From the human T2T-CHM13v2.0 reference genome, Homo sapiens, in the NCBI RefSeq assembly GCF_009914755.1, contig NC_060933.1: a DNA stretch of 64,000 nt, one strand, 5' to 3'. The first letter of the stretch is position 1. Every line of letters starts with the position of its first letter. The notes beneath the pieces were generated by a model, which saw nothing but the letters and a program-made list of their open reading frames with translations, was not told the origin of the DNA and ran no database searches. Of the stretch, positions 17,861 through 31,959 are shown piece after piece. A program made the position numbers and the translations under genes.

Positions 17861-18441
17861 GTATTTTTCTTTTTAATGAAATATAATGAACGCATAGGAC
17901 AGTACAAAAAGCATAAGCATACAGCTTGATGATGTTTTTGAAAGTGATCACATCCATTGGACCATCACTAAGGGCAAGAAGTAGGACATTTTCAGCACCT
18001 TATAAACATCCATATGCCCCTCCCTAAGGTCACTGCTATTCTGACCTATCAACATATCCTTATTTCCTGTTTTTGAACTTTATAGAAATGAGAATTTATA
18101 GTATGTGCTTTTTTGTGTGTTTGGCTTTTTACACTCAGCATTATATTTGGGATATTCAGGATTTAGTCTTATAAACTATGAATATACAAATATACCGCGA
18201 TTTATTAATACAAATTTACTCTTGACAAATTTGATTGTTTTCTGTTTTTGGCTATTATGAATATTGTTGCAATGAACATCCTTATGCATGCTTTTTATGT
18301 ACATATATATGCATTTCTGTTAGTTATATAACTGTGAGTAGAATTGCTGGGTCTTAAAGAATGTAGATGGAGGATGCTAGTTTTCAAAGTGATTGTACCA
18401 GTTTACACTCTTACCAGCAATATGTAAGAGTTCCAATTGCT

Positions 18442-18783
<342 letters not shown>

Positions 18784-20339
18784 TCATGAACATGTTATTT
18801 TTACACTTTTTAATTTTGCCATTCTGTAATTTTTAGTGGTATCTAATTGTATTTTTATTCCTCTAATAAATACTAAGGTTGAGCAACCTTTCAAAAACTT
18901 ATGAACCATTTGTATATGTTCATAATTGATGTGCCCATTCAAGTCTTTCGCCCATTTTTAAAAGCTTTATTGAGATATAATTGATATACAAAATTTGTAC
19001 GTATTTAATATATACTTTTCAATTAGTTTGGACAAATGCATACATCCATGATATCACCACAACAAGGTACTACTAGACCGTATATCTATGATATCACCAC
19101 AGTCAAGGTACTAGATATATCCATCACCTCTAAAAATTTCTGTGTGTTCGTGTGTGTGTGTGTGTATTAAGAACACATAACATGACATCTATTCTTTTAA
19201 CGTATTTTAAAGTGTGCAATACTGTACTGTTAACTGTAGGTACTATATTGTACAGCAGATAATAAGTTCTAGAGAACTTATTATCTTGCATATTTTAAAT
19301 TTTGTCTATTTTTTGAAATTGGGATTTACATGCTTTTCTCATTTATTTTTAAGATATTTTACATTTTCTGAATATGGCCTTCCTTAGTATATGAATTTCA
19401 AAATCTTCAACTTTGTGGCTGTCTTTTCTGTGAATAATCTCTTTTAATGTATATGTTATGTCTCTCTGTTTAAATCTTCAATTTTTCTCAGCAGTATTGA
19501 TAGCTTTATTTTGGAGTTTTTTGCACATCTTTTATTAGATTTATTCCTGTGCATTTGATGGTTGTTGATGATAGTAAACACAACGTCTTTTTTTCTTTTA
19601 GAATTTCGCTGTTTATTGCTGGTGTATAAAACTAAGATTATTTTTATCTATTAACTTTTCATCACCCGTATTCCTAAATTTACTTATTAATTCCAACGAA
19701 CATTAATTTATCTGAAGGTTATTTTTTGTTTCCTAGGTATACAATAACTTTATATGTAAAAAATTAAAGTTTCATTTCATATTTTCCAATCTTTATTACC
19801 CTTTATATTTTTATCTTGCCTTTTGTATTGGCCAGCAGTACCTCCAATAAAATTTTAAATAAATGTTGTAACAGCAGAAATTCTTGCCTTATTCTCATTC
19901 TCAAGGAAAACATTTTTAATAACTGATATTTGCTTTGTAATTTCTGTTGATATAGTTTATCAGATTTAAAAGTTGTGTCCTATTCATAGTTAGCTAATAA
20001 TTTCTTGTTTCTAATAATTTTCCATCATAAATGTTAAACCCTATTTTTCTGTATTCATTAAAACAATTATTTTTTCACCTTTTTGTCTCTTAATATGGTT
20101 AATTGATTTTTTTTAATGTTAAACCAACCTCGTTTCCTAGAACAAACCCAATTTGGTGGTCATATATTATTCTTTTTATTTATTGCTAGATTTTATTTGT
20201 TAATATATTGTTTAGGACTTTTTGCATCTATGTTCATGAGAGAAATGAAACTGTAATTTCCCCTTCTTACCAGGTTTTGACATTCAGGTCATCCCAGTCT
20301 CATAACACTTGTTGGGAAATGTCTCCCCAACCCCCTAAT

Positions 20340-20908
20340 TGTATTTATGCATGTATTTATTTGTTCATTTAGAGACAGAGTCTCACTCTGTCATGCAGAC
20401 TGGAGTGTAGTGGGCGTGATCATGGCTCACTGCAGCCTCAATCTCCCTGGCCCAAGTGATCATCCCCCATTAGCCTCCTGAGTAGCTGGGACCACAGGCA
20501 CATGCCACCATGCCTGGCTAATTTAATTTCCCTTCCCTTCCCTTCCCTCCTAATTTACTCCCTTCTCCTCCCCTCCCTTCCCCTCTCCTCCCTTCCATTC
20601 CCCTCCCCTCCCCTCCCCTCCCCTCCCCTCCCCTCCCTTCTCCTCCCCTCCCCTCCCCTCACTTCCCCTCACTTCCCTCTCCCCTCCCCTTCTCTCTCTC
20701 CTCTCTCTCTTTCTCTTTTTCTTTCTTTTCTTTCCTTTCTTTCTCTCTCTCTTTCTTTCTCTCTTCCTCTTTCTTTCTTTTTTCTTTCTCTTTCTTTCTC
20801 TCTTCCTCTTTCTTTCTCTCTCTCTCTTTCCTTCCTTCTTTCTTTCCTTCTTTCTTTCCTTCCTTCCTTCCTTCTCTCTCTCTTTCCTTCCTTCCTTCCT
20901 TCCTTCCT

Positions 20909-20947
<39 letters not shown>

Positions 20948-20993
20948 CTTTCTCTCTTTCTTTCTTTCTCTCTCTCTTCTTTCTTTCCTTCCT

Positions 20994-21049
<56 letters not shown>

Positions 21050-21200
21050 TCCTTCTTTCTTTCTTTCTTTCTTTCTTTCTTTAGATACAGGGTCTCACTA
21101 TGTTACCCAGGCTGGTCTGGAACTCCTGAGCTCAAGTGATCTTCCCGCCTTGGTCTCCCAAAGTGCTGGCATTACAGTCATGAGTTAGTGCAGCCAGGCC
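20340..21200 (-). mobile_element. AluJ with hugely expanded central linker
   Basis: Right arm ~20370-20526, left arm ~21083-21200, separated by a pyrimidine tract. Confidence 0.9.
20527..21082. repeat. Compound polypyrimidine microsatellite (CCCCT/CT/CCTT/CTTT)n
   Basis: Read directly; no purine from 20672 to 21082. Confidence 0.97.
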
Positions 21201-21369
21201 TCTTGATTAAAAAAAAAATTAAAATTCAGAAAAATTTGTGTAAGATCTTTTGGAATAGCTTACCAGTGATACTATAGAAACTTGAAGTTTTCTCAGAGAG
21301 AAGATTTTAACCAAAGATTCAATTTCCTTAAAAGATATAGTACTCTTCATATCATTAGTCAATGGTGAA

Positions 21370-21560
21370 ATATGGGATGTAATGACTTCATCAGGTTAGA
21401 GTTTAGAAATTCACTCTGGTCTCATTGCAGAGGATAGATTGAAGGCAGACAATAATGGACAGAGGCCAGTCAGGAAACTGACAATAGTTACTCGTTGACA
21501 TCAGTACTAAGCAATGGCAGAGAGTTGAAGAAGCGGGAACAGGTGAAAGTAAATACTTAT
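21370..21560 (-). mobile_element. L2 fragment
   Basis: tttagaaattcactctgg...gaggatagattgaagg...gaggccagtcaggaaact. Confidence 0.55.
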
Positions 21561-23104
21561 ATATTTTTTAAAGAAATGACTTAGAAAAGACAGTAGTAAG
21601 GCAAGGATGGTTTATTTTAAAAGTCTGAGTTTACTGTGTATTTTCTTTACTTTTATAAACAGAATCAGAGAGCTGGTACCATTTTAGTAGGTTCGTGGCC
21701 TGCCTGAAAACTATGACCTTGGAGCATCATTTACTCAAAATGCTAATCCAAAAACAGGACATCAAAACTAGTCATCCTTCACCTCATGGAAATGAATACC
21801 CCAAGGTAATATGGTGTTATTATTATTATTTCTTGATTGGCATATAGATGTTGTGAGGGTGGATCTTACACCCATGCTGTATCCTTCCTGTCTCTCCTTT
21901 CCATTCTGTAGGTTTCCTCTGGACACTTTCCACACATCCTCATTTGGCCCCTGCTCATGAGCAAGTTGATTTAGGAGATGGTGCCTGGCAGTTCCTCCTC
22001 TGATTATCCAGGGAAGACAGAAAAAGAGGAAAACAGGAGACAAGAAGTAAAGCTTAGAACAGAGAGGTAACCATTAACCAGTAAGGGCTAATAGATGAGT
22101 CCAGAGAAAAGATAACAAAGGAGGCAAGGAGAGCATGGTAAGCCATGGTAGGGGTGAGGGAAAGATATTGAAGATTGAACTCCACCAGTGTGGGATAATG
22201 TTTGTATGTGGACTGTGTTGTGTCTCAGGTTCAGGTTGTTTAAGCAGCCTAGTGAGCCGGATGGTCCCCTCCTTAGTGTCTGGTTTTGTCAGGTTGTAAC
22301 TTGGCTTTTCAGTTCCCTAATATCTCACATTATCTCCTCTTCCTCCTAGGCCTTAATCATGTCTTACTTTTTTACCTCCCAATTGGTTGATATTGAATTC
22401 TTATTAAATAAAAATGTACTCTTTACTCTTGAGTTAAAATTCTGATGGGGGAAGAATGTATACACAGAAATAATGTCACAACTATTTATGTTAATTAAAG
22501 GAAATACAGAGCAAGGTCAACTGAGATATTCCGGAGAAGGGAGTTTCCTTAGGATATTGCCGCATGGACATACGTGCTCACTGTGGCACAGAAACACCTG
22601 CAGATTTTTCTTTCACATAAGACTCAGAGGCAAAGTTACTGTAATCAAGAATATGTTGTTAAGAAGGCCTGGTATTAATACTGTCATTGGTAAGCATTTT
22701 GTAACTTATATAAAGCAGACCTTGGGTTTTCAGGACACTTCATCTGCTAATTGTCAACAAAATACAGCTGAGGTTGCAATGTGTCAGCAAGAATGTCAAG
22801 GAGGAAGTCAGAGGGTCAAATCAGCTGGGGCTTGGCCCATTTACCCTAGGTGGTGTTCTTAAAGACTCAGTGGTTCATTCTGCTTGGCAGCTTAAAGAGC
22901 CATTGAGGTTCAGAACTAAAAATGTGTGGGCCAGGAAGAGGGCAGTGAATGACTGGGACCAACTTGCCAGTGTCTCCCAGGGGCACCGGCTCAGATAACT
23001 GGAAGTCTGGAAGCTCTCTCATACGCAGCCAGTCCCGTAAGCAGCTCTTGGCAAGACTGAAAAAAAAAAAAAAAAAGAAAGAAAAAAAGAAAAGAGCTTC
23101 CCAC

Positions 23105-23290
23105 TTGTGTTTCTTAACTGTAACTGTGCCTAAGAATCACGTGGTGCTTGTCAAAGTGCATATTCCTGAGCCCTACTCACAGGCACTTACACGCTCCTTT
23201 CGGGGTTGGGCCCAGAGATCAGCATTTTCACAGGCACACCAGGTATTCCAGAATAAGATGGTCTGTGGAGCACGTTTTCAGAAATGCTGC
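23105..23290. mobile_element. MER5-type MITE
   Basis: taagaatcacgtggtgcttgtcaaagtgcatattcctgagccc...gggcccagagatcagcatttt...cagaaatgctg. Confidence 0.7.
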
Positions 23291-26200
23291 CTTAAAGCCT
23301 TCCACGTGTCCCAGCTGTCTAATCACTGTATGAGGGTCCATGATTTAATCTATTTTCAAAGAAAGGGGTCTGGAAGTCGTTTTTCTCCTCCCACATTCAA
23401 TCTGTCATCTCCTTCTGCCACTGTGTTCTAACATTTCCCTTAAGTTTGGGCCCTCTCCTCAAGCTCCTCACTGAAAAGCACTGTCTAAGCTGGATGCATT
23501 TCACACGAGAGCTTCTGTGGTTGGACTGCTTAAGTTAAACCAGCCTCCACGAGGGTGTCCAGCAGAGAGGTGCACCTGAGGGATTAGGGCAACAACCTAA
23601 CTCGGGCCTCAGTTACTGCAGAATTCAATTTGCCAGAGGTGCCAACGTGAAGACCAAAGGTTGAGTCTTACACAGGTCTTCCTGTTTTGTTTCTTTAAAC
23701 CTTGAACGTTTTGCCAATGTTTTTAAATGGGGGGAATTTCTCATAGACATCCAGATTTCTGGGTGTTCTTAGAATATCAGATCTGGCTAGTTTGGCCAGT
23801 TTCCCTAAGGGCAACAGTCAGCTGGGTTGAGGAGAGGCTGCCCTCTTGAGATGCTGTACCAGCCTCCCCAAGCAGAGGTACATATTTTCTGAAGATAAGA
23901 AAGCTAACATGCTAAAGCCTGATCTTTCAAGGCCCTTGACCCAATTTTGTATTTGCAATTCTGTGTTGTTTTCTTAAAGAGGCCTCCACAATTGTATACA
24001 TTTCTGACTCCAGGAAACCTGGATCTTCTCCTGCAGCTCTGCTCTATGGACTCCCCACACTGAGGTCAAGGGTGGCTGCCATTTATCATAAGACTTGCCA
24101 GTGGATTTTCTTTAAGTAGAGAAACATTTCTCTGAACTCGTGGGTCTACAGAAACAAACAAAAGAAGGCCTCAGATTTCATGAATAAGGGGAGAGATCCT
24201 ATCTCTTTGTGGATGTGATCTGGCCTGCATCCCTGGCCTTTGATTTCATGATCCCTGGCTGCATCGAGGTCTCCATCTACAATTCATGATTCCTTAAATT
24301 CTATGGAGTTGGAACAACCTTTTTGTGCATAGTCCTGCTTGCTTTCTTCTCCATTTCTTAAAAGACAGATTTGAATCCCATCCATTTAATCCTCATTTGG
24401 TAAAGTGAGGCTGGGAATCACCATGGTGAAGAAAAAGAAAAAGTAGAATCTGCCCATAGAAAGAGAATGAGTTGTACATCTTGCTCTTTTGGAATGGGAT
24501 GTCCTGTGGGAAAGGACTGGATCATTTCTGTAATTTTTAATGCAACTGTTTGCAGGCATAAATGCTCACTGAGAGCTCAATAGATATTCACTGATGATAA
24601 GACATGTATAAAACAGATTACAGCGTATGTTCTTCAGTTACCTTCTAGGGTGTTTTTTTGTATTGGTCACTGCTTGAACAGATCCTTCTATTCCACCATA
24701 TTAGAGCTCTGTGGAAATACAAATATTTTTGTTGTAACAACATGCTGTAATATTGGGAATTCAGTCATTGCCTTTTCCCTCCCAAGATACTTTTTGCTTT
24801 ACTTTGATGTTTCTTGTGTTGTTCACAATGCTGTTTTAAAGCCTCATTTTTCACTCTCAAGATCGTTAAGGACTCGGCGATGTTTTCTGTGAATATATTT
24901 ATTACTCAGGCGCCATGTCTCTGCTTCTCCCCTGGAAAGGAGGAAAAGTGGCATACATTATAGATCATCTGGCAGGGAGTCTTCCCGAATGATTTATTTG
25001 AAGCTTATTTTAACATTCTCCATTTGTACAGACTGTTAGTCTTCTCTTGTTTCTAGATAACGTCTTATTAAAAGGAAACACCTGTTTAAACATGTAAAAA
25101 TAAGACTAAATCTAAACAAAAGGAGTTTTTGGTGAATATGGCATTTGCCATATATACTTTCTAATTTTTCCTGCGTGGAAGTGGGCTGGGGGATGTGATT
25201 TATTACTCTGGATCAGACCGATTAGCTACTTTTTCTACAAAATAATTGGGTGAAAGCCAGTGTCCACCAGGCCAGTGTGGTTTATGGGTCATGGCTATAG
25301 AACTAGGAAGAGGTTGATTATTTTAAAGATATCATTAATAACATAAGCCTAATTTTTCAGTAGTTTTCCATCTAGTTATATTTTGCCTACTTAAATGTCA
25401 ATCGAATTTTTTTTTTATATTTATTCTGGCCCTCTCTGTGACTGTAGCCCAGTTTCGAATCATTTCTAGTCCTAAGATCATATTAAGATGATTCCAGACT
25501 TATGCCTTCGATGTCTGAAAGAATCAACCAGAAATCCTGAAAATCATATTACAAGAAAGGAAAATGATAGGCCAATTACTCTTAGGAACTTAGTTGCAAA
25601 AATCCTAAGCAAAATATTAGTAAATCTAATCCATCAATACATAAAATGTAAATATACAATACAACCAAGTTGTAGTTTTCCCAGGAATGCAATGTTATTC
25701 AGATATTTGAAAATCACTCAACCACACAATAAAGGAGAAAAAAGTTTGACTATATCAATAGATGCAGCGAAAATATTTGATGAAATTCCACCATGTTAAT
25801 AATAAACTCTTAGCAAACTAGTAGTAGATAGAAATTTCTTAAATAGAATAAAAGCTACCAAGAAAACAGGATAATAAACAGAGTACTTAATGAGAAAATA
25901 TTGAAAACATCTTTCTGAGATTAAAAAAATAAAGGATGCTTGCTATTTCCACTGTTACAGTGCTGTAAGTCAAGAAAAAGAAAGAAAACATTGGAAAGGG
26001 AACAGTAACTGCCATTCATGCACCCCATTTGCATACTAAATGTTTGCATTCATAGAAATCCAAAATAATCTTTAGATCAACTATTACAATTAGCAAATGG
26101 ATTTATCAAGGCCACTGCATAAAAGCTCAGTATATAAAATATGTTTTTATATACTAGCTCAAACAAAAATTTGAACGTACCTAAAAGCAGAGCTAACAAA

Positions 26201-28098
26201 AGATAAACCAGAATGCAGCATGGAGAGATAAAAGGGTGAAAAATACAAAGGGGAAGATAAAATACCTACAGAATAGAGTGAAAAAGATCTAAGCTATGAG
26301 TAATTTTAGTCCTAGAGAGAACGTGACAGAAACAGTTCTAATTGAACAGATCATGGCTAAGAAATTTCCAACACTGGTGAAAGAAATCAAGACACAGACT
26401 AAAAAGTCCTACAAACTATAAATAAGATAAATAAAAAGAGATCCATACCTATGCATCACAATTAAATGGCTGTAAACAAATAACAAAGAGAAAAATCTTA
26501 AAAGCAGCCAGGAGGCGGAGTGAAGGAGGAATGAAGACAAATTATGAAAATTAGAGTGAGCTGACTTTGTATGAAAAATAATGGCAGCCTGAAGATAATG
26601 AGAAAATATCTTTAAAGTACTTTAAAAAACTGCCAATCTAAAATTCTGTTTTCATCCTCAAAAAAAGCAATTGAAATGAAGACATTTTCAGATGAGCAAA
26701 AACAGTGGATTTATCACCAGCAAACCTATTCTTACGAAAACACCAAAGGATATTGTTTAGGCAGAATAAAAATGTTCACAGATGGAAGGTGGGAGACCTA
26801 GGAAAAATGAAGAGCAATAGAAGGGGAAATTTATGAATCAATCTGCATGAATATTGGCTGTATGAAACAATAATAAAAGCGTCTTATAGACATAAGTCAG
26901 AAGTTGGGTAAATGGAGTTAAATTATGCTAGAGTCCTTGCCTTGTCCAAGAGAACAATATCAATAAACATGACATTCTAATCAGTTAAAAATATGTTTTG
27001 CAATATCAAGGGTAATTATTAAAAGAATAGAAAAGGATTTATTTGTAACTTTGAACCTAATATTAGAAAAAATGAAATAATAAACATTGAGTCCATCTAA
27101 AACAGGTTAAGAAAATCAAGGAAAAGAAACATAAATCAGGTAGAGCAAAAAAAATACACAGTAAGATTATAGTCTTAGACACGAGTACATTAGTAATTAA
27201 ATAAATATAAATAGACTAAATGCTTCAATTAAAGAAAAAGCATTTCAGAATGGATTGAAGAGATTTTATGAGGTTTGTAAAAGACATACTGAAAATATAA
27301 GAATCATAGAAAGGTGGAAATGCAAAAATTAAACAAAATAAAGCTAAACACACAGAACATTTACAGAAGTTCACCATATGCTGGTCCCTGAAGCAAATCT
27401 CTAGTATCAAAAGATTCAAATTAAACATAGTATTTTCTAGATCCACAATGCAATTAAGCTAGAAATCAATTACAAAGAGATATCTACAAAATTTTCATAT
27501 ACATGGAAATTAAGCAATATTCTTTTATGTAACTCACAGGTCAAAGCAGAAATCATAAAAGAAATTAGAAAATACTTTGAACAGAAAAATTATTTCTTCT
27601 TAAAACCTGTGGGATATTGCTCAAACTATGCTTAGAAAGAAGTTTATAACTTTAGATGTGATGGAAGTCTGAAATATCAATTTGCTAACCATTTATTTCA
27701 AGAAGTTAGTAAATAATATCAAGTCAAATTTAAAGTAAAAGGAAGGAAATAATAAAGATAAGAGAAATTAATGATATAGAAAACAAATAAAAAAATAGAG
27801 AAAATCAATAAGCCAAATATTGCCTATCTGAAGAAACTAATAAATCTGAGAAACACCTGCTGAAACTGAGCAAGAAAAGGAAAGAGAAGTAAAAAATAAT
27901 CAATGTCAGGAATGAAGAGAGCAACATCATTATAGACATTAAAAATATGAAAATATAATTAACTTTATGCCAATATATTTGAAAATTTAGACAAAATTTA
28001 GAAATTCCTTGAAAATAGAACAGATATGATATAAGGGGAAATAAAATAGTTCTGCAACTAGTGAAGATAGTAAATCTATAAATTAAAAATCTACCTCA

Positions 28099-28184
28099 TT
28101 GCAGTGAGCTGAGATTGCACCACCACACTCCAGCCTAGGTGACAGAGTAAGACTCCATCTCAAAAAAACAAAGACAAAAACAAA
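28099..28184 (+). mobile_element. 5'-truncated Alu
   Basis: ttgcagtgagctgagattgcaccacc...ctccatctcaaaa; flanked by tacctca repeats. Confidence 0.85.
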
Positions 28185-28399
28185 GTGTACCTCAAAGAAA
28201 ATTTTGGGCCTTGATGCCATTAGTACTGAATTCTACCATTCATTTTAGGAAGAACTAACACTGATATTATGTGAACTCTTACAGGGAACAAGACAAGAAA
28301 AAACACTTCCAACACAATTTATGAATCCAGTATAATTTAGATACCAAAACCTATAAAGACACAATGAAAAAGGAAAATTATAGGTCAGTCTCAATCTTT

Positions 28400-28693
28400 A
28401 CATTTTAATTTGTTTTAGAGACATGGTCTCATTCTGTCACTCAGGCTGGAGCGGTGTGGTCTATTCCCACTCACTGCAACCTCAAACTCCTGGGCTTAAG
28501 CAATCCTCCCGCCTCAACCTTCTCAGTACCTGGGATACAGGCACATGCCACCATGCCTGTACAAAAAATTGTCTCTACAATTTTTTGTAGAGACAGGGAC
28601 TTGCTTTGTTGCCCAGGATGGTCTCAAACTCCTAGCTTCAAGCACTGTTCCTGCCTCAGCCTCCCAAATTGCTGGGAGTCATCATGCCCAGCC
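28400..28693 (-). mobile_element. AluJ
   Basis: Diverged antisense Alu; TSD taggtcagtctca/taggccagtctca. Confidence 0.9.
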
Positions 28694-29373
28694 TAGGCCA
28701 GTCTCATCCTTCAACAAAGACAAATAGACTAATGGAGCAGAGAAAAATTCCCTGTGACATATGTAACTGATAAAGGAGTTGATTCTGGACTGTATCTAGA
28801 TTGTCTACAAATCAACAGGAAAAGACAACCCAATAGGAATATGGGCAATAGATTTGAATGGCTCCTTCGCAATAGAGGATTTTCAAATGGTCAGTAAAAG
28901 TATGAAAAGATACCTACACATTCATCAACAAGCAGAGGAATACAAAATTAAATCATAATGAGATACGACTACACACCTGTTAGCATGGCCAATCAAAAAG
29001 ACTGACAATACCAAGTTCCAGTGAGGATATGGAAGAGTCAAACACTGGTTGATGAAAGTGTAAATAAGGGCAGCCATTTTGTAAAACTGACATTATATCC
29101 TGGCACTTGGCATTATATCCTGAAGTTGAACGTACACTATCCTGTGACTGAGAAATTCTACTCCTGGGTAAATACCCAACAGGTGTGCTTGCACATGTAT
29201 GCCGAAAGTGTTGCATACAAGAAAGTTTCAGCAGAATTATCATAACAGTCCCAAACCCAAAGCAGCACAAGTGTTCATCAATGATAGAGTAGAAAAATAA
29301 ATTCCTACAGAGGAATCCTCTGTATAGCAGGGGCCATGGAATTTGGGCTGGTAAAATAATAAATCTCAAAGTC

Positions 29374-29750
<377 letters not shown>

Positions 29751-30019
29751 TCACATCAATACGGAGATGATCCACAGCAGCAACTGCTCTTCACAAGAGC
29801 CATCTAGGGAAAATCTCTAAAGCACATGTGATCCACCCCAACAGGACCACCTCAACTCCTATTCTTTATCATGCAGGACCACCAGAAAGCTTCATTCTTG
29901 TATTTCATCAATTTAGCCCCTGGCAGAATTTTCTTTTCTAGCTTGCATTTATTGCTTTTCTCTCTCCAAGAGGACAAGCCTCCGTCCTGGCACCCAGCTC
30001 TGAGGTGCGCGAAGAGACC

Positions 30020-30235
30020 TTAGAAACACAAAGAGCAAAGTTTGAATTCCAGCTGTATCTCTTACCAAATTGTAACCATGGGAAAAATTACTTATCTGTC
30101 CAAATTTCAATGTCCTTATCCATAAAATGGGTATAATAACATACATATATAGCATACAGTTATATGAAGATCAAGTAATGTCTATAAAATTTCATGCAAA
30201 GAAAGGTGCTCCAATGGTAGCTATTCGTAGCTTAT
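30020..30235 (+). mobile_element. MIR
   Basis: tttgaattccagctgt...tccttatccataaaatgggtataataac. Confidence 0.7.
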
Positions 30236-30261
30236 GTTGATTCTGACTAGCTTCCATTTCA

Positions 30262-30664
30262 GCATACAATGATTTGAATGCTTATGTGTCTCCAAAATTC
30301 ATGTTGAAACTTATTCCCCAATGCAATAGTGTTGAGTAATGAGGCCTTTAAGAGGTGATTAGCTCATGAGGGGCTTCACTCATGTATAGGATTAGTTCCC
30401 TTATAAAAGAGGTTTTGCATAGTGCTCACCCCTTTTGCCCTTCTGCTCTTCCACCATGTGAGAACATAGCATTTGTCACCTGTAGAAGATGCAGCAACAG
30501 TCACCATCTTGGAAACAGAGAGCAAACCCTCACCAGACTCCAAATCTGCTAGCACCTTGATCTTGGACCTGGCAGCCTCCAGATATGTGAGAAATAAATT
30601 TCTACTACATATAAATTACCCAGTCTATAGTATTTTGTTATAGCAGCAGGAATGGACTAAGACA
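30262..30664 (+). mobile_element. MST/MLT1A-type MaLR solo LTR
   Basis: tttgaatgcttatgtgtctccaaaattcatgttgaaac...gttatagcagcaggaatggactaagaca. Confidence 0.85.
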
Positions 30665-31959
30665 ATGTGTTTCGACATTTACTCAGACCTTGTCTTTTCT
30701 CCTCACGACAATGGCTAAGAACCCCAAGAGTGAATCAACTGGTTCAAACTAAGCATAACTGCACCAGAGGAGTTGCGCACATACTCAGCTGACTGCTCGG
30801 GAAAGGCATTTGTGTGTCACCTGAATGAAGGCTGATTTCCATGGATGGCAGCCAGAGGGACAAAGAGGGAGGAACAAAGAGGGCAGGGAGGATATCCAGG
30901 TAAAGAGAATGAGATGAACCTCTGGATTATCTTTTGAAAACTGGACTCTGATCTTGGGGCCAGAAAATACTATTATGTGAGTGTTGATAGCCTTTCTGTA
31001 CCTTGCTAGCGAGCCAGAATTTTCTTTACCTTCTTTCTTCCATCCTCTAAAAGGGGAGCTCTATTTTCGCTAGCTCAGTTATGAGGCCTCTGTGATGCAG
31101 AATCAGGCAATGTGCACAGAAACACAAACTGGATTCTGGGAAAGGCAAAAGAATAGGAGCAGATGGAAAAGGACAGTAAAGGGAGACAACAGGCTGGACA
31201 CTCGGGGAGAATTTTTTTTGGCACTGAGAATTGGAGAAGGGAAGGAATTTGGGGGAAGAAACTGATGACCACTTTGGAGAACACTGTAGGTGGCAGAGAC
31301 AATCAAATAACCACAAAGTGGCAAATCTGCCTTGGAATTTAATTTGGAACCAGTTCCGTTGGACCTGGAGTTCATGCTACCAACCTTCATGCCCTCCTGT
31401 GACAGCAAGAGAGAGCCAGGAGCTTTTCAAAGAGATGACCAGGGTTATAGGTCACAGATCTGCATGGAGGGCATTTTTAGACACACAAATCCAGGCATGA
31501 CTGTAGCTGAAAAGGAACAAGGGGGAAGGAAGCAACTAGAATTGCATTTATCATCAATATTGCCTTTGGTCCACTTTACATGGGTGACTAATGAATATGT
31601 TGACTAGTGTTCCATGAAATATTTAGTATGTGTTAACTTTGTCTTTGTTTCAAGACTTCTTGATTTACTCTTACATGTTAAATTATCGAACATTTGAATT
31701 ATAGAATTATCTGAACACAAGTCTTTATCTCTGAGGATTTGTTCTACAAAATTGCCTCTGTGTACCAAATCTTTGTTATATATAAGCCAGCAATAGATCT
31801 GGAATTAGCTTAATGCAATATACCTAAAAGTCACAGATATACGAATAATTTTGCTGGGATATTACCTTAAGCTTAAGATATAATCATAACCACAGTCATA
31901 CATTATCTTTTATATGATAATTGTTTTGATTATATAGATTCCCACAGGAGGGAATTTAG

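Larger units (their letters stand above)
25490..29372 (+). mobile_element. Old L1M fragments (RT piece, ORF1, ORF2 5' part, 3' end)
   Basis: ORF 25488 KENDRPITLRNLVAKILSKIL resembles L1 ORF2; degenerate ORF1-like sequence at ~26190-26830; ORF2 start-like sequence from ~27170. Confidence 0.75.

Noticed and set aside
20502-21188. 228-aa Leu/Ser/Phe/Pro ORF that looks hydrophobic
   Set aside because: It is the translation of a pyrimidine microsatellite that cannot contain stop codons, and it sits inside an Alu.
22949-23431. 160-aa ORF with a poly-Lys run
   Set aside because: It runs through an A-rich tract and a MER5 element, with no recognisable domain.
23640-24260. Possible ancient DNA transposon (also 33890-34330)
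   Set aside because: Only a vague resemblance; I could not identify termini or family.
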